This document shows positions 26,600 to 37,549 of a stretch of DNA of 64,000 bases, piece by piece. The notes under the pieces are model-generated. The model was not told the origin of the DNA. It did not search any database and saw nothing but the letters and a program-made list of their open reading frames with translations. Source of the DNA: Octopus bimaculoides (lineage: Eukaryota); the NCBI RefSeq assembly GCF_001194135.2, contig NC_068984.1, positions 95,426,922-95,490,921 of the forward strand. Reading direction: 5' to 3'. The stretch's first letter is position 1; each line of letters starts with the position of its first letter. The translations under genes and the position numbers were made by a program.

Positions 26600-26820
26600 C
26601 AGCAGTAGTCAGGTGGTAAGCTGGCAGAATTGTCAATGCTCCAGACAAAATTCTGCTAAGCATTTTTTCTAGCTCTTTATGCTCTGTGCTTGCCAAGGTC
26701 AACTTTGCCTTTCTTCCTTTTAGGGTTGATAAAATGAAGGACCAAATCAAGTACTGAGGTTGATGTAATCAACACTCTCTCCACAAAATTGTTGGCCTTG
26801 AATTAAAATTTGAAACAATT
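26600..26820 (+). mobile_element. tRNA-derived SINE (gcctttc...core family)
   Basis: ggtaagctggcagaattg...caaggtcaactttgcctttcttccttttagggttgataaaat. Confidence 0.75.
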
Positions 26821-28637
26821 ATTAGTATTAATTTTGAAACATTTCAAAAAAACTGGACTTTTGGATTTTTCTGCCACATCAATACCTCTAACAAGTATTA
26901 ACCCTTCATAAAACTCAGGTGAGACTCACAAGGGTCAGTGCTGCTTCTAAACATACTATCTAGATGACATGAGGATATTTAAAAAGAAAAAAACACATTC
27001 TAAGCTGACCCATAGACATGTCTCATCATTCTGCTTTTTCTATCACTACGATAATAGACTGTTCCTTGGAGCTTGCTAGTCTCATGCTACCTCCAACTCA
27101 CTAGTCTCTCCTCTTCTTGTCACCTAAATTGTGTTCATATTATGAGCTCCCTCATCAACTACCTCTTTTGTCTCCAGAATATGATCCCTGTGGAATGTCT
27201 GTCCGTGATTATACAAGAACATTAACCACACTGATCTCACCAGTATTAAAAGGTCTGTAAAAGCCATGCAACAGCCCCTTCCTCCAGATCTTACCCTCTA
27301 TTCAACAAATCTTTGAGGGTCTGTAAATGCATAGCATAACTCCTTTCTCAAGATTACATCAGTTTTTGAGGTCCTGGAAGACCTTCTTGTAAATCTCACT
27401 AGTCTTTGAGGTCTTATAGATTTTACCTAAATTAGAGGTCCTGTAAAAGCCATGACACAGCCCCTTCTTGCACATGGATCTATTATTAAAAAAATAAATT
27501 AAAATGCAACCATTAATATCTCCAACTCTATTGTTATGTAAAACATGTGAACCTTGATTGAACAGCTATGAGCATCTTATCTTTCTGTATTTCAGGGAAT
27601 ACATTAGTCTAATACAGCATTCTTTTTTAAGATTGCTAGGTGTAATTTCATGGGAACTTGCTGTCAAATGAATTTGTTTACAGATCTATTTATCTGGCTC
27701 ATTGTTTACTCAAACATAACCCCTTGTTGCTGTTGTTATCATCGTCACAAAAACATTATCTATCTGTACACTCATAACTCTGGTATTTTTCTGTGTCTGT
27801 AGCTCAGATTGTCAAATTCCAAGGAGGGACTGCTTTGCTAAGTGTTACCTTAGTAGAAATTCTGTTTTTTATCAATCGATAAATAACAGAATTTCTACTA
27901 TGGTAAGAAAATACAAATTTGAGGCATCAACAACTGTCTCAATAAGTATATACACCTGCCTCCATCGTTATAATGTAATTAAGTGTTTGTTAATGAAGAA
28001 GTTGATGACTACTGCCATCATTATTATTATCACCTCACTATCCCAATTGTCATCAGTTCACTGATTTAATAACTTAAAATTTAGTTAATCAGTAACAATA
28101 ATTACTTGAAATATCATTGGAAGGATTGTTATAATCTATGGGACTTGTTAGTGAGCTACAGACACAGAAAAATACCAGAGTTGTGAGTTTATAGATAGAT
28201 AACAATGTTTTTTGTGACTGATGATAACAACAGCAACAAGGGAATGTGTTTGAGTAAACAATGAGCCAGATAAAAGGATCTGTAAACAAATTCATTCGAC
28301 AGTTCAAGGCTAACATTTTTCTACAGAGAACATTTATCATATGCACACACAATGAAAGGTTAAAAGATAATCAAGTGCTACAAACAGTTGTTATCTTTTA
28401 CTAGATAGGCCCTGAATGAGCAAATGTATGATGAAAGGCATCCCAGCAATGAGCAATCCTTCATTTTTATCTGGACTACATTCTTCAGTGTGTTAGTGTT
28501 GATTTTAAGACAGGTGTGATTTGAGGAGGATTTGGCTGCTATTTCTAGTAAATTGAACAACTACTTAGAAGCTCCCTCAGTAATTTGTTATAAAGCAGTG
28601 AACACAATTGGCTCAAGCATGTGTCCACAGAAAGAGG

Positions 28638-28670
<33 letters not shown>

Positions 28671-28759
28671 TGAGAGAGAGAGAGAAAGTGTGTGTGTGTG
28701 TGTATACGTTTAAGTTAAGAATGGCTGGGAACCTGTGTAACACAAGAGATTATGTGGAG

Positions 28760-29049
28760 CAGTGTTACTCAAAGTAGTGGTCCACGGACTGGTGCCGGTC
28801 TGCGAGCCACCAGATCCTGGTACGCGGCGAGTTTCCAGAAAAGGAAGAAACATAAAATGCTTATGTAATATTGTGTTATTTGTTTACAAACTAAATATAA
28901 AATAAAGAAAATTGTCAACTTTTATTATATTCATTATATATATTGTTTCTAGTATAAATTAATATTACTAAGAAATACTAAGGTCCCTGGCACATTGGAA
29001 TAAAAAAAAACCTGCCAGTATGCCACATCAGATAGTTTGAGAAGCACTG
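28760..29049. mobile_element. hAT (Charlie-type) MITE
   Basis: TIRs cagtgttactcaaa / tttgagaagcactg; 8-bp flanks atgtggag and atgtagaa (6/8 match). Confidence 0.8.
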
Positions 29050-30079
29050 ATGTAGAATACAGCAGTATTTCAAAATGCGATTCAAAGAACATCTGAATGT
29101 GAGTGCATGAACACATATGTTTGAAAAGGCAAAGTTAAAAGTTGAAGTTTGTACAAGTGTACATATCAATGCATTTTTATGTTAGATCCTTCACAGGTTT
29201 TGGTATTGGTTACTATTGTACTAGATGCAAGTGTCTGTAACTAATGAGCAAAATACATATTGCTTACTTCAGACAGCAGATACACACTTCTAAAATTGGT
29301 TAAAAAAACCAAAGCAGTTTCACTTCACAGTTGAATAGTTGCCACCATGGAGGGAAACCAACCATAGGCAACAACAACGATGACAAACATATGTACACAC
29401 ACAAAAAAGCAACAAAAGACTTTGAAATAATACAAAAATAGATGTTAAAAAAAATCATTAAAGATAAATCTGAAATGTTAATTAATGATCACATTGTTTA
29501 ATTAGCAACAGGCAATACTGAAAAAAATAAAACATAGTTTAGAAAATATAAAAAGAAAAAGTTTGTTTGCTTCAGAAGTAGAATTCTAATAATAAGGTAT
29601 CAGAGACTGCTACTGTTGTTGTTGGCAGGAATCCAGAATATTACTAGAGAAATTGGTGGTTATTTCATATAGCAAGAACAGTTGGGGGTAGGATCTGTTT
29701 TAAAATACATCAAATACCTGAACCAACAACAAAGAAATGTACAAATCATACCACAAATGAAATACCCAAAATGTTACACCCACCTTCTGACACTTGGGTA
29801 TATTTAACAGATTCTACTCTAGTTTCAGGATATAAAAATATATTTACAACTTTGTTGTAAACACTTTCATCAAAAGATGATATAACTGATGTAAGGAGAT
29901 CTTTCCTACTTACACTACTATTTCAGAAAAACACCACCTCACGAGAGAAATTTTTTTTTTTCCTAGGAGGCTTTCTACAAAATACGTTACAACTTTTAAG
30001 GTAACATCTGAAGAGAACACTACATCAGCTGATAATTTCTCTTAACATTCTTAGAGTATAGCTCACATATATGGGACAG

Positions 30080-30266
30080 TGTTGCTGTGAAATACACTAA
30101 CCTTATAGACTATATAGTCTTTACAGACACTTGCATCTAGTACAATAGTAACCAATACCAAAACAAGACCATTCAGCTGATTGGTAAATACTCACTCACC
30201 AATAGATTACAACATGTAAACCACAAACTCGTGTTTATTCTCTGTACCTTTTCTACAGCTACAACA
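30080..30266 (+). mobile_element. Possible 5' LTR of the Gypsy relic
   Basis: TGTTG...CAACA termini immediately upstream of the gag relic; no second LTR found. Confidence 0.3.
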
Positions 30267-30499
30267 GTGTCAACAATGATTCACTGACTTAATATGTAAA
30301 TCATAAGCTCACTGTTTTCTTTATATCTCTTCTGCAAAAGTTCACTCACTTTAGATATAGAAAAAAATCAGGAATATTTTTGGCTTTCTGCTGTTCCAAG
30401 TTACTTATGGTATACTTTGATCAAAGGCAAGCTGGCAACTACCATTTATAATAAAAATGAATAGGCTTACTCGTGCTCTGAACGCTAAGTTCAATGGTT

Positions 30500-31320
30500 A
30501 AGCTAAATAAACAATTTGATCCAAGGAAATTGTTTCTCATTAAAATTTATTCATCACAAATTCAAAAACAATTCTTTTCACAAGGTCAACCAGAGAGTAT
30601 TAAGAGGTACATCTTTCTGCAGTAAAATACAGAAGCATCAACAAAAAGTGGAAACATTTTTTCAGCCATATTATTCTGTTGACTTTTCATTGGATACAAG
30701 CATAGAATGGACACACTGCAAAACTATATTATTGAACTGAATTGAATAAAAGTTCTACATACAAACTTCATCAGACTGTCAATATCCAGTCATATAGCTG
30801 GTTTCATCAATTACAACGTTACAGTAGTTATCCATTACTAAACAACAGAATACAATTTTTTGCAATTTCCAGTAGCAGTCACAAAAGCAACAACCAAGTA
30901 AAGACATTGAATGTTTTGACAGTTTTTTTACACAGCCTCACTATACTGCAAATGCCAGGCTGTTGACATGACAGCATTAAAAATACATTTATTTGTAGGC
31001 TCTACTTTGACCATATATGACAAAAACTCCTTGAGGACTTTTCATTGAATTTGGAACAGGCACTCAACCAAGCTTATTCTCTGGGAACTGTTCAAAGAAA
31101 TGCTGAGGCTTATTTGAAATTCTACTCCATATCAACGCCTTCTTTGAAGCTGCAACAGAAATAGATTCTAGCACCCTTATCAATGATCATACTGCTGCAG
31201 TTAAGAATAAATAAAGATGCTATTTTTATACTTGTCCAGCAAAGAAAAAAACTTGTCATACATGCAAAATGTTGGACATGTCTCATGGGCATACTAGTCA
31301 AAGAGAAACACAACATCTAA
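30500..31320 (+). mobile_element. Gypsy/Ty3 gag relic
   Basis: With one frameshift, CPAKKKTCHTCKM(L)GHVSWAY matches the CPA...CxxCxxxGH gag zinc knuckle; upstream LLEDFSLNLEQALNQAYSL. Confidence 0.6.
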
Positions 31321-31737
31321 AATCATTGTATTAATATCTACTCTTTCATGCTTACACAAGTTTATTGACGAAGATTTTCAATGGCTGGATACCCTTCTGT
31401 CACCAACCCTCAGCCATTCTCAAGCAAAGTGATGTTTCCCTGTAGCCAGACATATTCCTTCAAAACACTGGAAATGAATGGCGACAAGGAGTCACAAACA
31501 TACACACTCCTACATGTGTGTGTGTCTCCTTTGACATGTGCAGTCTTGATAAACAAGGGGATCATATGGTGTTGTTTGTTTCTAGTTCCTTGCATTAATA
31601 TGTTAAAGCTGTTTGTTGCTTTATCAATTGGGAAATTATTACCTCACTTGGAAACTGAAGAAACTCTATTGCTAGTCTGATACATTCAAGCATGTTAACA
31701 TGTGATGACGATGATGACGGTGGTGTTGATATATATA

Positions 31738-32934
31738 CAGGGTGCAGTGGGAAAATTGTCACCATTTTACATTTTTAATTTCGCACATGCACATTGTTTG
31801 TTTTTGATTTTGCCGACAACACAGTATAGTGGGACCAGTTGGGCACCATCTGTGAGAAAAACAGCACCATGATGTAATTCACTCTGCCAGAAATTTGGAA
31901 ATGATATGCTGTACTGCTTGGTATTCATGCCAGAAGCTCCAATATGAACATTTCAGAGTGTTTAGGTGTCAATCTGAGGACAGTGCATGTACCAAGAATG
32001 ATAAAAATCAAACATTCAGTCAACATCATGGTGTTTGGAGTGATCACTAGTGATGGCGACATTATGCTTCCATTTATCTTCCCACATGGCCTCAGACTCA
32101 ACATGGAGGCCTACATCAAGTGCCTGGAGAAGGTAGTACTGCCTTGGGTCAAGAGGGTGGCTGCTGGAAGATCCTATGTCTGGCAACAGGACTCTGCACC
32201 ATGCCACACAAACAGGAGAACCCAGTACTGCCTGTCAGACAGTTTCTGCAACCATATCACCCCTCACGTCTGGCCACCTAACTCCCCAGATTGCAACCCT
32301 CTTGATTATTATGTGTGGGATGCAGAGATCAACAAAACTCCTCGTAGCACCAAAGATGAACTGAAGGCATTATGGTGGCATTCACCAACTTAAATAAGGA
32401 GACTGTCAAGAAGAGTTGCAGGAGATTCTGAAGTCATCTGGAAGCCATGGTTGAAGCCAACGGTAATTTTATTGAATATATTTACTCTTTATAGAGATGT
32501 ACTTGCATAGCGAGTGACCTGATCTGAGACTGTGTGATGAAAAAAAAAAAAACAATTACAGTGTGGAAGGTGTTTATAAGCCATTTAAAAACACACAGAA
32601 ACTGTTAGATTCATTTCAACATTTAAATTTAATTTGTTAAAATATTTTCACCGCTTTGAAACTGCAACTTATTCATTGACAAAATTCCATGGTCAAAATA
32701 TTTTTGGCGCTTTGAAACCGCAACCTGTTCACTGATAAAATTCCATGCTGAAGTGAATCTAATGGTTTTTGTGTTTTTAAATGGCTTATAAACACCTTCC
32801 ACACTGCTATTATTTACTCTTTGGTATTTCAAGATATTTTTATATAATTTTGGTAAATATATCTGTTAAAATGAGGTGTCAGTGTTATTTTCATTCTTGC
32901 ATAATTTAGACGACAGTTTGTTCACCAAACCCTG
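31738..32934 (+). mobile_element. maT / DD37D Tc1-mariner deletion derivative
   Basis: TA|cagggtgcagtgggaaaattgtc ... gacagtttgttcaccaaaccctg|TA. ORF 31944-32393 has WQQDSAPCH...WPPNSPDCNPLDY with 37 residues between the second and third Asp. Confidence 0.9.
32491..32810. mobile_element. Foldback/MITE insertion inside the maT copy
   Basis: Flanked by the 12-bp direct repeat tatttactcttt (32479-32490, 32811-32822); internal ~65-bp inverted arms at 32559-32625 and 32745-32806. Confidence 0.8.
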
Positions 32935-33439
32935 TACATGGCTAATCGATGTATTGATGCTTCACTCACTTTTAATAGTGCTACCAGTTTCATAGATGAG
33001 GATGTTTACAAGAATCTCCTCTCAACGTTTTCATGATGTCTTTGAATTGGTTTGACAACTTAATCTGAAGAGACAGTTCATCCACCTATGTGCATTTCAA
33101 ACATGCCACACATTTTTTTTTTTGTGTGTGTGTGTGTGTGTGTGTAACAAGGTGCATTTAAATATTTCATCTAAGTTGTGTTCTGGGACATGATTTTTTA
33201 AAATGACATGATTATTACTCAACCTGTTCCAATGTTGATCATCCCTTTTTCATAGTTTTTCTACTTACAGAATTACTTGAAACTAATTGCTACTACTTTG
33301 TGTCCATTATATGCTTGTATCTGATGAAAAAACATCAAAGCAATGTGGCTGACAGCATTTCTCCATTAATGTTCATGCCTCTATATTTTACTACAGAAAG
33401 AAGTATCCTGGAGTGTTTCTAGATGACTTTGTGCAAATA

Positions 33440-33796
33440 ATTGTTTTGGAGATTTAAAAAGAGATCAAATAGCCTCCTGGCATTATTAAGCTCTCACTCT
33501 TTCTAAGGTGAGTGCAACTGCTAGAAACAAGAAACAGTGGCAGTAGCAAGAAACAGTGACAAACAATAGCTAGTTATTGACTATATACAAATGAAACACT
33601 ACTACTTTCTAGATACCAAACCATTTTCTAATATTGAAGCTATTGTGTATTCTTTTTCCTACCATAAACCCTACAGCAATCTAGATCTGAAGACATACCA
33701 TCAGATTTCAATCCAGCATAACAATAACAGATACACTGCATTTCAAACAGATAGATGCTTATTCCAGTTACAAGGTTATCCTTTGGAGTCACTGAC
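33440..33796 (+). mobile_element. Gypsy/Ty3 reverse transcriptase relic
   Basis: LVIDYIQMKHYYFLDTKPFSNIEAIV...YSNLDLKTYHQISI...RYTAFQ...LFQ then RLSFGVT: the Gypsy RT series IDY..LD.YP.P.I / LDLK.AYHQ / YTAF / PFG; truncated by a LINE at 33797. Confidence 0.85.
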
Positions 33797-34598
33797 GTTC
33801 TTCCAGTCCTTCCAAGCCTGTTTCTTTTGTCTAATAGCCCTGTCAACCACATTGTTCCACCACCACGTTACTTTGGTTCGAGAGGGGACTTTGCACCAGC
33901 CACAGATCTGGTGGGTGGCTCCCGGCAGGTTGTCCCGTAGAAACCTCCAATTGCCTTCCACGTTGTGTGATGCTATATCCCCTTCTATTTCGTCAAATGC
34001 TTCAAGTAAGACATTTCTAAATCTCTGTCCATTTGCAGGATCTTTAAGCTTCCAGACCCTTCTCCTCCAAGCTGGTCTACTTCTGGGCATCCATTTAGCT
34101 TTGATCCCGAAGTCGCTAACTACTAATCTGTATTGAGGGGTACATTCTTCGCTTGGGAAGGTTTTGGCATTTATAAGCCGTCCTCTTTCCCTATTACTGG
34201 CAAGGATGTAGTCGATTTGGCTAGTGTGTTTGCTAGAACGGTAGGTAACTAGGTGATAGGCAGGTTTCCTGAAATTGGTATTGCAAACCATAAGATCATT
34301 TGCATCACAGAACTCCAGCAGTCTGGTTCCCTCCTCATTGCGGGAACCGAAGCCATAGCCTCCATGGAAGCCCCCTGCATGTTGTCCAACATGACCATTG
34401 AAATCACCAGCCACAAAGAGAAGGTTCCTGTCATTCGTCAATGAGGTAGTTTGCAACAGGGTGTCATAGAATTGGTCTTTCTGCCCGTCCGTAGCCCCGG
34501 TTGAGGGGCATAGGCCAAGATGATGGTAGCTAACCTATGGTGAAGCACTAGTCTAATCTTAAGTACTCTGTCACATACTCTGACTACCTCGATTACCT
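33797..34598 (-). mobile_element. RTE LINE endonuclease and linker fragment
   Basis: ORF 33776-34456: FVAGDFNGHVG...RNEEGTRLLEFCDAND...SQIDYIL...RRRVWKLKD...WWWNN. Confidence 0.92.
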
Positions 34599-35288
34599 NN
34601 NNNNNNNNNNNNNNNNNNNNNNNNNNNNNNNNNNNNNNNNNNNNNNNNNNNNNNNNNNNNNNNNNNNNNNNNNNNNNNNNNNNNNNNNNNNNNNNNNNNN
34701 NNNNNNNNNNNNNNNNNNNNNNNNNNNNNNNNNNNNNNNNNNNNNNNNNNNNNNNNNNNNNNNNNNNNNNNNNNNNNNNNNNNNNNNNNNNNNNNNNNNN
34801 NNNNNNNNNNNNNNNNNNNNNNNNNNNNNNNNNNNNNNNNNNNNNNNNNNNNNNNNNNNNNNNNNNNNNNNNNNNNNNNNNNNNNNNNNNNNNNNNNNNN
34901 NNNNNNNNNNNNNNNNNNNNNNNNNNNNNNNNNNNNNNNNNNNNNNNNNNNNNNNNNNNNNNNNNNNNNNNNNNNNNNNNNNNNNNNNNNNNNNNNNNNN
35001 NNNNNNNNNNNNNNNNNNNNNNNNNNNNNNNNNNNNNNNNNNNNNNNNNNNNNNNNNNNNNNNNNNNNNNNNNNNNNNNNNNNNNNNNNNNNNNNNNNNN
35101 NNNNNNNNNNNNNNNNNNNNNNNNNNNNNNNNNNNNNNNNNNNNNNNNNNNNNNNNNNNNNNNNNNNNNNNNNNNNNNNNNNNNNNNNNNNNNNNNNNNN
35201 NNNNNNNNNNNNNNNNNNNNNNNNNNNNNNNNNNNNNNNNNNNNNNNNNNNNNNNNNNNNNNNNNNNNNNNNNNNNNNNNNNNNNNNN

Positions 35289-36262
35289 ATACCCGACAGA
35301 GTGTAAGTATCTTGAGAGAAAAGTTGAACCTAAGAAGCATCAGTTGTGGTGTGCAAGAGAGACAATTGTGCTGGTATGGTCATGTGGCGAGAATGGATGA
35401 GGATAGCTGTGTGAAAAAGTGCCACACCCTAGCGGTTGAGGGAACCTGTGGAAAAGGCAGGCCCAGGAAGACCTGGGATGAGGTGGTGAAGCATGACCTC
35501 TGAACATTAGGCCTCACCGAGGCAATGACTTGTGAGTGAGACCTTTGGAAATATGCTGTGCGTGAGAAGACTCGGCAAGCCAAGTGAGACCAAAATCCAG
35601 GGCCTCTGCCAGGGATGTAGAGCCCACTTATGCGTACCATTCCTTCATTGGACACTAAACTCCACTTGCGAAGACTGTTGAGGCAAGTAAAATTGAAATT
35701 GAACTAAACCTGACGACTGGCACCCGTGCCAATGTCTCTTTCATTGAACACTAAACTCGGCTTGCGAAGACCTGTTGGAGCAAGCGAAAGCGAAATCGTG
35801 ATAGCATCTGTACTAGTGGAGCACTAAGAGCACTGTTCGAGCGTGATCGTTGCCAGAGCAGCTGTCTGGCTTCCGCGCCAGTGGCACGTAAATAGCACCA
35901 TTTGAGTGTGATCGTTACCAACTTCGCCTCCCTGGCACTTGTGCCGGTGGCACGTGAAAAGACATTCGAGCAAGATCGTTTCCAGTGCCACTGGACTGGC
36001 TCCTGTGCAGGTGGCACGTAAAATACACCTTTTTGAGCGTGGTTGTTGCCAGTACCACCTGACTGGCCTTTGTGTCGGTGGCATGTAAAAGCACCCATTA
36101 CACTCTCAGAGTGGTTGGTATTAGGAAGGGCATCCAGCTGTAGAAACTCTGCCAAATCAGATTGGAGCCTGGTGTAGCCACCTAGTTCACCAGTTCTCAG
36201 TCAAATCGTTCAACCCATGCTAGTATGGAAAGCAGACGTTAAACGATGATGATGATGATGAT
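35289..36262 (+). mobile_element. RTE LINE 3' end with 3' UTR minisatellite and (GAT)n tail
   Basis: RQLCWYGHVARMDEDSCVKKCHTLAVEGTCGKGRPRKTWDEVVKHDL, then palindromic gtgccagtggcac-type units and the RTE tail. Confidence 0.9.
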
Positions 36263-36293
36263 ATATATAGATAGATATGTGACACTTATTCGG

Positions 36294-36367
36294 TAGCCAT
36301 GATAAAACTACGAGTTTCGGTAGCCGGGGCGGAAACCCACACCGCCATCTCTCCAGTTATCTGGCCA
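36294..36367 (-). ncRNA. Type I hammerhead ribozyme-like motif (core variant A6G)
   Basis: Minus strand: tggcca-gataa / CUGGAGA / helix II closed by G-C / GAAA / helix III ACU-cgu-AGU / GUU site / uuauc-a-uggcua pairing back to helix I. Confidence 0.6.
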
Positions 36368-36994
36368 GATATTTTTACAGATAAATTCCTCTATTTACAT
36401 AATATCGAGGTCTCTTTCTTTCTTTTGTTGTCTTTTCTATCAACATATATATACATACATATATATATATATATANNNNNNNNNNNNNNNNNNNNNNNNN
36501 NNNNNNNNNNNNNNNNNNNNNNNNNNNNNNNNNNNNNNNNNNNNNNNNNNNNNNNNNNNNNNNNNNNNNNNNNNNNNNNNNNNNNNNNNNNNNNNNNNNN
36601 NNNNNNNNNNNNNNNNNNNNNNNNNNNNNNNNNNNNNNNNNNNNNNNNNNNNNNNNNNNNNNNNNNNNNNNNNNNNNNNNNNNNNNNNNNNNNNNNNNNN
36701 NNNNNNNNNNNNNNNNNNNNNNNNNNNNNNNNNNNNNNNNNNNNNNNNNNNNNNNNNNNNNNNNNNNNNNNNNNNNNNNNNNNNNNNNNNNNNNNNNNNN
36801 NNNNNNNNNNNNNNNNNNNNNNNNNNNNNTAAAAACCTAGGATCGGGAAACCCTCTCCACACGCTAGACATAGATGCTAAATAGCACTAAAATTCACCTT
36901 AAATCTCCTATAGCACAAGTTGTAGACGAGCAAATGAAAAATAATAAATACAATTTTCCAATTAATTGTGTATCGAAACCAACTTGTGCTATAG

Positions 36995-37227
36995 TGGCGG
37001 CGAGCTGGCAGAGACGTTAGCACGCTGGCGAAATGCTTAACGGTATTTCGTCTGCCGTTACGTTCTGAGTTCAAATTCTGCCGAAGTCGACTTTGCCTTT
37101 CATCCTTTCGGGGTCGATAAATAAAGTACCAGTTTCGCACTGGGGGTCGATGTAATCGACTTAATCCGTTTGTCTGTCCTTGTTTGTCTCCTCTATGTTT
37201 AGCCCCTTGTGGGCAATAAAGAAATAT
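36995..37227 (+). mobile_element. Young tRNA-derived SINE with 20-bp TSD
   Basis: A box ggcgagctggcaga, B box gagttcaaattc; TSD gaaaccaacttgtgctatag at 36975-36994 and 37228-37247. Confidence 0.92.
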
Positions 37228-37388
37228 GAAACCAACTTGTGCTATAGATTTAAGGTGGTCTTTAGTGCCCTTGTGAAGAGGGTTTCCCGATCCCTTTGAT
37301 ATAGTTATGTATATAATAATAATAATATATATATATATGTGTATATATATATATATATATATACAGAAAAATACTTAAAATCCCTACA

Positions 37389-37421
<33 letters not shown>

Positions 37422-37549
37422 CACATAAATATATATACGTACACATATGTATACATAATCATATATATAAATAATACATATATATACACAGAGGTCCGTC
37501 ATACACATATACACATTTTACACATTTAGAATATATTATGGAGTATGAG

